64,000 nucleotides of DNA, from the NCBI GenBank assembly GCA_900617105.1, contig UYFQ01000335.1:1-64000 (forward strand). Reading direction: 5' to 3'. Every line of letters begins with the position of its first letter. Positions within the stretch are counted from its first letter, which is position 1. The position numbers and the translations under genes are program-made. The notes beneath the pieces were generated by a model. That model was not told where the DNA came from, made no database searches, and was given only the letters and a program-made list of their open reading frames with translations. Origin of the DNA: Hydrurus foetidus (taxonomy: Eukaryota). Shown here in pieces: positions 10,509 to 22,589 of the stretch.

Positions 10509-11572
10509 CTATCCTGAGCTGTGCACTCGTAGGAGTAGTGTCCGAGTTCGCCGCACTTATTACAGTTACCGGGACGGGTGCCGTACGACGCACGCCCACC
10601 CTTCCCTCTGCCGCCGTTGACAGGGTTCTTCCCTTTCCCAGTGTCGATGCCGGCCGTTTTCTCTACCCCAGCAGTTTTGGTTGCAAAGACGTTGGTCTGG
10701 TTGGGTGGGACCCTGCCCGCCGGTTTCTTCGGCGTGACCTTCGCCATCTCGAGGTACGCGTCCTCTAACGTGTCCGGCCAGTCCTTGAGCCTGTGTTCAT
10801 AGTATTCTACATAATGTTTATACCCGGAATTCAGTCCGTTCATAAACTTCATTCCAGTTAAAACTTCGTTGTGTGCGGTCATGGCCGCATTGAATTCGGG
10901 CTTAACCCCTAATGCTTGCATCGTGTCATCGTAACCAGTCTTCAACGCTTTGAAGAGTTGGTAATAGAACTTAAGAACATCTATAGGTTCCACTTTCACG
11001 GTCTCGTAAGCCATGCGTACTCTCAGCAAATTCTGATCCGCACCTAGTCTCGGGTCCGACAGGTGGGTCAGAATTATTGCTCGGAGTAGCAGTAGCGGAT
11101 CCTCCTCTAGCATGGCGATAGATCCGGCTTCTGTTTCGCGAATCGTCGATTTCGACTGTTCGCTTATTTGTCTTCTTGTTTTCGGTCTTCTCTTAGCGTT
11201 AACACTAACTTATCGTAGAGCTCTAGTGCTCGTTTCCTTTTGGTGGACACCATAAAATTGGCATCTGCAGCAATATCGACTGGAGCGACATATTGCGGGT
11301 AATCACCCGGTATGCCCTCGTTCCTGAATATCTCACTGATATCCGATTTGTAGTTGGTTCGCGGTATATTCGCGGAACTTTCTCATCCACGCGCTTACGC
11401 TACCGTGGTTCATCTCTCTACCGAGATCTAGGAAAGCGCCAATCTCTGGCTTCGTTCCAGTTCTGGGAGGTGGCTTCGTACCGCCGCGGCCGGCATTACC
11501 TCTGCCGCCGTTGGCAAGGTTTGCTCGCCCACCAGCGGGATTGGTATCTCTGCCTCTGCCTCTGCCTTTTAT
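10466..11572 (-). pseudogene. Copia gag, disrupted
   Basis: Zinc knuckle CNKCGELGHYSYEC in ORF 10466-11113. An upstream RG-rich segment begins at an ATA (probable mutated ATG) at 11572, with frameshifts between. Confidence 0.85.
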
Positions 11573-11964
11573 GTTGCAACAGTTTGCAATGAAAGCAACT
11601 CGTTAATTATGTCGTAGTACCAGGTTTCAGTTTCGAATTAATGGACAACTATATCCTTCCTGGGTGCGTGCTCCTTCCGCAACTTCAACACATGCGCTAG
11701 CTGCTTGTCCGGGCTCAAAGACGAAGCTCTGCTGGTGTGAGATTTAAGGTAATTAACGATGCAACATTGCTTACATCGTTCATGGAGACAGTCGACAAAT
11801 TCGATCTGTCCTGCACAGTCAAACATGGTGCACTTTCATCTTTTTGATGTTCCTGGGTTAAAGGAACCTGGACCGGTGGAGTAGCGACCCCCACTCAGCA
11901 CACGACGTAAGAAGTGTCATCAAATATACATACGTAATAACTTATACAGTTACTTAGCTCATTA

Positions 11965-12119
11965 GGCTACAATTCAAGTCTCCCATATAATTTTTTGCCA
12001 TAAAATATGCGGAAAAAGGGGAACTTTCCCATAAAAAGGGGTAGTTTTGGGTAAATTTCGAACCTTACCATAAAATAATCATATGGGAAAACTTTTTAGC
12101 GTTCGCGTGAGTTGTTGCC
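11965..12119. mobile_element. Tourist-like (PIF/Harbinger) MITE, 155 bp, TTA TSD
   Basis: TTA|GGCTACAATTCA...TGAGTTGTTGCC|TTA; subterminal CCCATAT/ATATGGG; absent from the other LTR. Confidence 0.85.
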
Positions 12120-12122
12120 TTA

Positions 12123-12281
12123 TTGTGCCGGTCAAAACTAAACGGGAGAATTTATTTTGCGGGGAGGATTTTTCGTGTTTTTGACAGAGGTCAAAATAAC
12201 TGTTACTTTGATTCTGCGGTCAAAAACACGAATATGCCGCAAAATAATTTTTGCAGCACCGTTTAGTTTTGACCGGCACAA
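12123..12281. mobile_element. Stowaway-like (Tc1/mariner) hairpin MITE, 159 bp, TA TSD
   Basis: TA|TTGTGCCGGTCAAAACTAAACGG...CCGTTTAGTTTTGACCGGCACAA|TA; perfect 23-bp TIR, near-palindromic throughout. Confidence 0.9.
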
Positions 12282-12299
12282 TAGTTATTCCGACACACA

Positions 12300-12768
12300 G
12301 TAACGTATAGATCGGATGCTTCATAATCGGTTGTCTTCATAATTGACGTTTTACTATGAACCTATCAGGTTTACAGCAAGGGTTTTCAAAAAGTAGATAT
12401 CAATTATAATAAGTTATTGGAAAGCGTCTGGAACATCATGAATTACTAGTCACTATCACTGTCATCAACATTAACAATTTCATATAAAGGTCTTTCGTCT
12501 CTGTAATCTTCATTTTTTCGTCTCTGTAATCTTGAACAGCTAATTTGCTAGATGATGTTTCTTCTTCATGGTACTGAAGAACGACCTCATATCCATCTTG
12601 CGGTGGGGAATCATTGCTGATGATCTAGTGTGATGATCTGCGTCTTCATAATCGGATGACTTCATAAAGTTGAAAAATTCATTAGAAAGGCAACCGATTC
12701 TCACTCAGTGTCCAAGAACCGAATTATGAAGATCCGATTATGTAGCATCCGATCGATCTATACGTTAC
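12300..12768. mobile_element. Non-autonomous TIR element (~470 bp), exact ends uncertain
   Basis: GTAACGTATAGATCGGATGCTTCATAATCGG at left is an imperfect ~45-bp inverted repeat of CCGATTATGTAGCATCCGATCGATCTATACGTTAC at right. The CTTCATAATCGG motif also recurs internally. Confidence 0.7.
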
Positions 12769-13115
12769 ACGGTTACACGGCTTAAAAAGAATGATGTCGT
12801 GTTGTCCATCATCTTCGTTTCGCTGGCAAGATGAGAGTGATAAAATTCGATGGTTTATTATTTATTATTTTTATCGGAGTGTACAGAATACCAATACAGA
12901 ATGGGAAATGGAGTGATCATCAAGTGTCTAGCCAATCAGCCTCTCATCTCCCCTACACTTCGTCTTCTGTGCCTCAGACTATCCCTTCACAAAGTGCGTT
13001 CTGTAACTGTAAGAAGTCGCGTAATCAGTGAAGGGACCTTCAGATTGATGAATTGAAAAATTAATTTATCTGGAGAGCATTTAGTCATAACTAGCACGAG
13101 TTTGAAATTCGAATT

Positions 13116-16100
13116 ATGGATTACGACAACAGTAGCTCACTTGGGACATTCGATCACTCTGCCAATCCTGATAGTGTTGAAGCTATTATCGATGCTTGCA
13201 GATTATCCTGCGACTGGGATGGTGTCTTGAACGGCATAAAAAAATATGCTCATATATTCGACGTTGGGAGTGCCAATTCTTCCTATCAGCACGCTAATAT
13301 CGACGCAGTCCGTGCGTACTACTGGGTCTGTATGGGAGAAGCTTTGTATGCTCTCAATGGTGACTTCAACTATGCTATCGATTGCGCGAAGCGCGCGATG
13401 TCAATAGATCAGTTCTGTGTCGAGGCTAGGATTATTATTGCGAGAGTGCTTCTCGACAATTGTGCTACAGCGCTCAGAGTCCAGAAGGGTGCTTGCGATA
13501 CAAAGAAATCCACCACAGATTTAATCCTTGATGTAGACGCACATGGCATTTTATCTGAACTTTTGAAGGTACTGAAAAACTTCTGCATGACATGATTCCT
13601 ATCGACTTCATACAATTTCACAATCCGTCTCAACATTTTCAAAAACTCAGACGTTGACAAAGATGGATCAGAAAATAATTATTGAAGCTGTTTGCGGATT
13701 CGATAGGAAAGTGCAGAATGTTCTTTTAGCATCGATAGGAGCGCTTGAAGTTAGTGAAGGACTATCGATATGCACAGAAATGCTCGAAGCTATTCAAATT
13801 GAAAAGATTCCAACGGAAGATATTCCTAAGTATTTTGTTCTGGTTACTGCGAAGTATCTTCTTCTTCGGATTGATCTCAGCGATATAGTGGCGAAGTATT
13901 ATTCCCGGTGTCTTTCAGAATACAGATATTGGATTTTCTTAGACGCTGTGGCAAGCCGTATGATGATTCTGCATCACTTAGGTAAAGAACATTCTTTCAT
14001 ATTTACCAGACACTTCACTTATCTTATGTCTTACTTTACAGCAGTTGTAGCAGTAATTTTGTTGGTACTGTTCTTCATCTGGAGAAGAAATAATTATCAG
14101 AAAGATTTCCTGGGATTATACCTTAGGATAAATTTATAGAACATTCTTTACTTTTTTTTGAGATGTGCTCTTCATTGATTGCGCTTACAATCAGTGTATA
14201 TTGTATTTTATGATGAATTGCAACATTGAATGAAGATCATGTACTTCGAACTTATGTTACATGCATATGTGTCATGCAATTTCGTAGTATTTTATATTAT
14301 GAAATGACTGTACTATGAATGCTTACGCATCGTATACTTCATACTTTATCGATGTAAGTACAAATTCTTTACACTCATTAGTGCACGTAAAAAACTTCAA
14401 TTTATATTTTATCCTACACTAACATGACATCACATCTTATGATATGATGTCATGTCATTTTACATTATGTGGCAACGCATCTTATCATGTTGTATCATAT
14501 TAAACCATAATCTGTTATCACATTACGCCATATCACAACTTATTGTATTACATTACACCACATCGTAATATGCCATGCCACCCCATCCCATTCCCAACCT
14601 CCATCAGGTCAGTCCCAGCACGCCACATCGGAAGCCCTATTCCTCCTAACGACTGTTCTGCCTTCCGAAGACGTTGCGAGAAACTCAAGCTTCGTTTCTT
14701 TCTCCAGCATACCTGAGATATGCCGCAACATCGTTCTGTGCACTGGTACGTACGTACGTATCTTTATCCATATTATATAATACGTAATTATCTTTTTCTG
14801 TTCTTGTTTTTGTCCTTTTGTCCGGCCTTTTTTTTGCTGATTTTTTGATTTTCTGCTCCTCTTTTTTAACAACATTTCTATTGAAATTTACTCTTCATCT
14901 CATCGTGAAACAACTCTATCCCCCGCCTACAAACATCTCTTAAATTCCCTTTCGATCTACCCCTCACCCGCCTGTCTCTCATACACCCCTTTAATAACCG
15001 AGCACACACAGCTACATCCCCCTATCTTTACCAAAAGATAACCTCCTCATATCAAATCACTAACAATACTACGATGATTCCTTGATTTCCGTGTTTTTCA
15101 GCGTGTCGATTACCGCTTTTTGAGCGGAACCTGGACCTTCTTGAGGAATCTCTGGAATCCTTCCACAGATGTGTTTCGAGCAATAGCGTTCTTAAACACT
15201 ACTTTCCACTACCAATACAACTAGGTAAGCACATCCACTACTGTCCGGTGTTATACAAGAGTGTGAATGTTTTGCGTTCACATCCTATTTACAATGTATT
15301 CTGTATTATTCAACTACCAAAGAATACAGAGAATTTGATGCCTATTCCTATCACAGATGCGGCATTTTAATTTACAGTTGAGTTCTTCACTTTATCAGTA
15401 TTAAACGCAGTAGCTGGTATCTCACAATATTTGATGCCGAATTGTAATATTTGATGCTGAATTATGATATTTGATGCTGATTCATTATATTTGACGATAG
15501 GACTGAATGTTGAGACAGCTCTGTCGATGCTGCTTCGAGCTAGAGGTAGACACCACACCATGATCGCTGCCGCGCACACACAGGCAGAGGTGAGGAGGCA
15601 GAGGTGTCTCTTCCAGTCGATGTTTCTGTTCATGCTATTTCGTTGGAAATCCCATTTTGACATTTAACATCTAACTCTATACTTAGAACGTAAATGGTAA
15701 AAATATCCGAGATTTAGTGCTGGACTATGCTTCCGCTAATTCGGAAATTAAAACCGACATAGATAACGCATTCTCCTTGCTGTCCGTCGCTCAGAACGTG
15801 AGTACAGTAAACTGATCACCCATTTTTCTTTCTCATCGTTTTCTGCTTACTGATGACCTCCTGTCTTCAATCATCACTAATAAACAATACCCTCTCACCC
15901 TCCTTCCCCGACTCCCTCCATCCATCCATCCATCCATCCATCCAGCTGCTCACCTCCCGAACGGATCCCGAGCAGACCCTGCCCCCGTCCCAGTACCCCA
16001 AGGGCCTGACCCCCCTCCCCAACAGTCTGCTCAACTCCCTCCCACTCTCCGCTTACGAACCGGAACTATACGCCTCCTCAGGGAGCAGCAGCACCATAGG

Positions 16101-19100
16101 TACGACTGGTAGAGTGTGCTGTAGGATGAAGTAAGTTAGTGTGAAGTAAGTTAGTGTAGTATGTGATGAGACGAAATAAGATATCATCAGATGGAATAAT
16201 ACACGACAACACGAAATAAGGGAAGATATAGTCGCACAATGAATTTTGCTGACTCTCCTTTCGTCCCAAAATTTCTCGATCTCTTTTTCTTTCACCTGGA
16301 GTTATTGTGCTTTACTGCCATTCTTTTTGCCAGAAGTAATGTATCTTAAATGCTGTCAATCCGCTCTATTATAACTCTTTATCAGGCGCTTTGATGGCTG
16401 CGGTTATTAGGCTACGAGATTCATCGAGCTACGCGACAGGTACTACACAAACCATGAGTTTGAATACGAAATATAACGTGATATTCTGTATGTGTAGGTC
16501 TTGCATGAAGTGCGTAGTTTGAAAAATATAGAATGTTCTTTAATATTCTGTGCTCGTTAACATTCCTACGGACACAATAGTATCAAATACGATTCGTGAT
16601 CTTAACAGAGTACGAATAATTTTTGTAACAAATGATCATAAATTCTTATGCAGGTCAAAGTGTGTCTATTTTAGAATGGGCAATTTCCCTCGAAATTAGG
16701 CCTAAAGCCAACCTTCTGTATTCTCTGGCTGGCGTGTGTCGAGATAGCGGGAGGTGAGATTGTATAGAAATAGGACGCACAAATAGAGTGAAGGATGTGA
16801 CTTTACTCAATATGTATAGAGCGATATTAGAATAATATTGCAGCACCTTATACGCACCGTACCACATTTCTGTGTTGAAAAAGAGAACAAGTTTCTCAGA
16901 ACATGTCACACTCTGCGATTTATCACGTCCTTTCCCCTCCCTCTCTCAATCCTCCTACTTCTCCTCACTCCTTTCTTCCCTTCCCTCTCCTTGCCTCTCA
17001 GATGGGAGCACGCCATCGAGTTGTTGGAGCAATGTCACTACACCCTCATCACCCAGGACAGAGAACTGGAACTAGATCAGGAATCGGTACTGAGGTTAGT
17101 CCCGTGTCCCTCCTTGCCGTGCCATCGGTCTATCGCATAAAGGAGAGAACTCTATCACTTGATATCTGCTTACCGTTGTTTGGATTTTTTCTATTGCCGC
17201 TTGTACTCTTTCTTTTTCCCTCTCTCTAATCACTTCAATGACCACTGTTTTCTATCTCCATATCCCACTACTCTTTCCCCTTCTTTTCTTTCTTTCTTAT
17301 CTTTCTACTCAGTGGTTCTCCGAGCAGTCTTTGGGAAGGCAGTGCTTTCTGTGTGGGTGTGCTGCTGTCTTGGATGGGAGCAGGGAGATCGCCCACAGCT
17401 CCGAATGACAGATGGCTACCACTAGGTACGTAGATATAGGAGATTGACAGATTGTGTGGTGTGTGTACTTTGGATATGTATTTTATATAGTAGAGATGTC
17501 ATTGATTTACGTATTACATCGTACAAGTTTTGTAACATTACAGACTATTTGGTACAGACATCTTTATTTTTCATTTCACACTCCTCTATCCCCTTGTAAA
17601 TCTTTATTTACTCTACCCACGATCATTCATTCCCTTCTTCTTTCCTTATTCCTCTCTCTTAACTCTACATTATATTTTTCTTCTTCTCAGCCCGTGCATC
17701 AGAGATTTGTTTGGAATCTTTAGACGATCCCCAAAGGGCCAGAAACTTTACACGGAGATGTCTTCTAGAATGTTATGGCGAGAAGGGTTTAATTCTCTTA
17801 AAAAAATTCAAAAGCGATGAAGCAGCAGCAATTCAGAAAAAGAAATTATTTAGTATTGAAATGCATAGTGAAAATACTTTACCGCCATTTGAGTATTTGT
17901 CTATCGATATGCCACTCTTTGCAGAAGGATTATCTTATGGTGAGTTTTATTAATTTTGACGTATACACTTTTTGATTTTTGATTTTTAATATTCGTCCTC
18001 AGTTGATGCATGAATGATGCTACTATAGTGTTCGTTCGCAAGTGAGAATGATCGTCGCCAAATTCCAAACATCATGTGCTCAAGGCTCCTCGTTTATTCC
18101 AGGTCCACGTATAATCTGGACCCACCCCTATACACGACAATTAACTGTACCGTACTGTTTTCAGTTTTCAGTTCGTTACAATTAATTGTCGTGTATAGGG
18201 GTTGGTCCAGATTAAACGTGGACATGGAATAGACGAGGAGACTTGAGCTCAAGAACATGTCATTAACCATCATCAACCTCTCACCCAAAACTCATGTAAA
18301 AAATGATGTCGATCTTACCAATTATTAGGAGAGGTGAATTTACTTTTCCTTCTTGGAAAAATTCACTACTCTTGGTCAATTCTATCCAGTACAACAGATT
18401 CTGAGAAAAATGTACATATCAATTCAGCTGCAATAATTTTTGATATTTTAGTACAGCATTCTACGAGATCGAAGTTTGTTGAATTTGTAGACTGTTCCTC
18501 AGGAAATCACAGTCCCAATGGACCGCTTTCTGTGTTGAGAAGGTCGCTGGGATTTTCCAATGACGAGAAAAAGAAAGAAAAAGACAGAATGGATGAATAT
18601 GATACGCTTCAATTGTCATGTGATGCGGATGAAGAGTTTAGTAGAGAACTCTCATTGAGATATGCTATTTGTTTGGCGGAGAACAATGAAATTCACAAGG
18701 CTATTACGTACGTACGTGATGCGCTGAGAACTTCTGAGTTTCATTCTAATTCTCAAATGCTACACCTTCTGGCCTTATTGACATCGTCTACTGGAGATGA
18801 TACGCAGGTACGAATAATTGTATGAATATTTGTATTTTCGATCGCTTATTTGTATAGCGGTTTCTCTCAAAGTACAAAGAACTCGTGGATATTCTGTATT
18901 GCTCAGCGCAATCAACTGCTATATTATTGCACATTTCATTTGAACCTCAAGATCACGAAACACACAACGACGTGGCAACAATAATAATGGACCATACCAT
19001 ACGACAGCTACACATACAAATAACTAACACAAACCACACAATTACAACACACAGACAATCGGCAATGCGGCAGCACTCGCAAAAGTGGCAAGTGAGACAA

Positions 19101-21429
19101 GTCCATTCCACGATTTAGTTCGAGATTCATCAAGTCCGAGATCCCTATTAACAACTCCGGATCGAAGAGGAAGCACAAAAATGGAAAAATTCATCATTCC
19201 AAGCAACAATTTAACCTCAAGTACGAGAAGTGACAGGGAGGACAAAGAGAGTTTACGGGGGAGGGATGAAGAGTACATCGATAAAGATGATTTCTATGGC
19301 GCTGAATATTCCAGTCCGACAGGCAGAATGGATTTAAATGAAAATTCATCTCATGCAGCAGCGATATTGCAGTTTAGCAAAGCAACCCTCTCTCCCAACG
19401 CTCTGCTAACGCTTACAATGTTTGAGTGGATTGTGTGTGGAAATAGCACTCCATTACACGCCATTGATTTCATAGTCGATTCTGCTTTGAATGATTTTAG
19501 AAGTATCATGGAATTTCAAAATTCCGTACGTGAACAACACATAATTGCGACTGCAAAAATCAAGAAAGAAAGAAAATCACTACATCTATCCGGAAGACTC
19601 AGTATGGAACATAAATCAGAACAAGTTCATCAAGTAAATTCAGGGAACGAAAACCAGCCCGTTCTACCCCAAGATAAGTACGACCGTACGGACAATCCAA
19701 GAAGCGTACGTTCCATAATTGAAGTTCTTTTAGTGTGCAGCCGAATATATCGGAAAGCAGGTAAAGCATTATATTTTACCGTATCCCTGCTTAATATTTG
19801 CTCGTAAACGCATACTTTCATCAATTTCTCGAACACAATTGACATTTTTTATTTAATCATTTTATTTGTCTTATCCACATTATATTATGATCGCTAATAA
19901 TGACAATAAACAATGAATCACACTACATTTGTTTTGTGAATTAGACAAATTAAATGAAGCGAGAAATTGTCTTGAGAGCGGGTGGAGACTGCTGTTCAAT
20001 CCCTTGAGGGACGCAATGTACGGCATATGCGACATACTGCAAGACGTGGAAGGTGAGATGCAGAATAGTGTAGCAAAGTGCTTTGCAGTGCAGCGTAGCG
20101 TAGTGCAGTGTAGTGCAGTACAGTACAGTGCATGTCTATTCATTTTTACAACACTCTTCGATCTCCTTTTTTCGCCCTCACCCTCACTCTCACTAATTTG
20201 CCCTCACTACATCCCACTCCTTCCTCTGCTCTTCCTTCCCGTCCTATATCGCTCATTTCCATCTTAATTTCCCATTCACTTCTTCTCACGATTTGATGTT
20301 ATTCCTTGACACCGATACCATCCATCCCTTCCTTCCTCTCACCCGTCGTCCCACCCTCCTACCTGCATATTTCTTTCCCTACTTACCTACCCATCTCCTC
20401 CTCACCTCCTCACTTACATCCCTAACTCCCCTCCCTTTTCATCACCTCCCCCATCCTTCTCAACGTTCCCCTTCCCCTCTACATATTCACTCAGGCAACA
20501 CATCGGAGCACAAGCGCATCGATCTCCTGCGCCACGTGCCCACTCTCACTGGATGGAAGTTAAGCGAGGCAGCTGGATGGGGCTGTCGGAGCTATCCCGG
20601 TACGTCCCTCATAATATTCTGTTTAACCTCGTGAATCTCCTTCTCTCCATCGATTGGATTTGTGATGGGAAGCATTTTTGATGATGTTCTATTGTTTATT
20701 TTATTTTCGGTTGTATTTTATTATCACCTTTACCAATATCCGAAGAGCAAGTCAATAGCAGGCACTCTGACAAATGTATCATATTAACAACATCGCAATA
20801 TTCAATCTACTCCTAATACAGATTTAGAAGCGGAAATACTGTGCGAAGCATCTTTTTTATCGGACAAAATAAGCGTCTCTCGAGAACTGCTTGTACTCTC
20901 CATTACTTTATGCGGTCACTGTGTACCAGCCCTACTCGCTTTGGCAAATATGGAACTCGATATATTGGAGAGAAATAATGATAATAATCGAAGTCAAGAT
21001 AATACTGAAATAAATAGAATGTATTCTAATATATGTCAGAATAACTCCGATCAAAACGTGTGTGAAAATAACTGCAGTAAAGAAAGTGGTAAAAAACATA
21101 ATAATCAAGAAATTAATGAAAATATCACATCAAGAGAAGAAAAAACAAATCTACAAACGGAATCTACACAGACCCACAGTCCGTCCTTATACGGAGATTC
21201 TCAAGCGTACGGTTTTGCCATGGCAGCCGTACGTGCTTCTGATCGGAACCCAGAATGTTGGCAGTGCTTGGGAAGAGTTTATCAATTTTTCGGAATGTTC
21301 CTTGAAGCAAGCGAAGCATATTCTTCAGCTTTGGAACTTGTCAAATACGCCCCTATTCGTCCGTTCTCCACCGTACTTACAGATGGCTTCATAAAGCCTA
21401 CAAGTGAAGTGGCTAAGAAAGGACGCTAG
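13116..21429 (+). CDS. TTC7/Ypp1/NPG1-like TPR protein (PI4-kinase scaffold family), multi-exon
   Basis: YAICLAENNEIHKAITYVRDAL...LHLLALLTSS and C-terminal ECWQCLGRVY...AYSSALEL...PIRPF resemble the TTC7 family TPRs. GT-AG introns; exon structure not fully resolved. Confidence 0.7.
18078..18248. mobile_element. Intronic fold-back element / MITE (~170 bp)
   Basis: ~70-bp imperfect inverted arms (GCTCAAGGCTCCTCGTTTATTCCAGGTCCACG... / ...CGTGGACATGGAATAGACGAGGAGACTTGAGC). TSD not clear. Confidence 0.7.
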
Positions 21430-22589
21430 TTGCCTTATCAGCTACTCCAGTACCTTATGTTTCGTGCATTTAGTGTGAAATGTGACACATACAATTTGAG
21501 GATTATATGTATTTCGTATTTACCGCGAATCATTCATACTGCAGTACGTATGTTTGGATTTTTTAACACCTTAAAGACCACTCTTCACTTCCATTCTGCA
21601 AAGTTATCTGTTTCTTCCAATTTTATCAACAATCCACAAATCATTCTACGCTACACTTACAGTAACTTATCGTCTTTTTATTTTTTGTTTTCCTTTTTTC
21701 TGTTTTTAAGTCCACTGTCTTCGTTTCTCACACAAATAAAAGACTAAATAGATTTGTTATTCCATGGAGTGAATTACTACGTATTGCTATTTTAGGTACG
21801 AATGCTTTTCGATTTGTGACGTATGAAACAAGTGTTCCTTGACATAAACAATGTAACATTTCCATGATACCGATTTTTGAAGTTTTCAAATGAGCTAGAT
21901 CCCACAGGACTTTATCAAATAATTCTCGATGGCAGAAAAATAAAGTGAGTCACTGGAATTGACGAAAAGTGCAGGTGTAAGAGGATCGAAAATTGATCAT
22001 ATTTCTAATACTCACAAAATTTCAGAATGCGACGGAGATTTTTAAAAATCGAAGTGAGTGTGATACTTTGAATCTTGTTGAAATTTCTCCGTGGAGAAGG
22101 ACGAATTAATTTCTGCTTGAAAGTCATCAGTTATGGAGACTGGTAAGTGAGCTGCTGGAGTTCATTTTACCATTTATTTCGACTTGAAAATAGAAGATAC
22201 GATTGATACTAATTCAGACTTTCGAGCTGCACATTGTTCTCCATGTAAAGTTTCAAATCAGAACTTTCTTTACGTGTTGTAAGTTGTTGAGGGGGAAGGT
22301 AGAGATATAGCTTTGTTTCTTATCCGGTTTTCGGTATTCTGTATATTCGGATCGGATCAGAATCGCATCCCCAGAGGGACATTCCATCAGGCGTGTCCAT
22401 GGCGTCGATTCGATTGCATAACGACACTCACGAGCAAGGCGTCGCTACATTTTCCTGACCCGATAATATTCATTCTTATCAGTAACTACAACGGGCCAGC
22501 ATCAGCTGTTGGTTGCTCGCATCGGGATTTAATTATCTGGAGGAGTCTTCAATCAACTTGAATTTCCAGCGTCCTACCCCGATTAAGAA

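Larger units (their letters stand above)
5645..12295 (-). mobile_element. Full-length but defective Ty1/copia LTR retrotransposon with 5-bp TSD CACAG
   Basis: LTRs 5645-6011 and 11610-12295 (TGTCG...CGACA). CACAG at 5640-5644 and 12296-12300. Domain order gag-PR-IN-RT-RH. Short purine tract TAGGGGTG before the 3' LTR. Confidence 0.95.
11610..12295 (-). repeat. Copia 5' LTR interrupted by two MITEs
   Basis: Matches the 3' LTR apart from the insert and one A/C difference at the insertion site. Confidence 0.93.
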
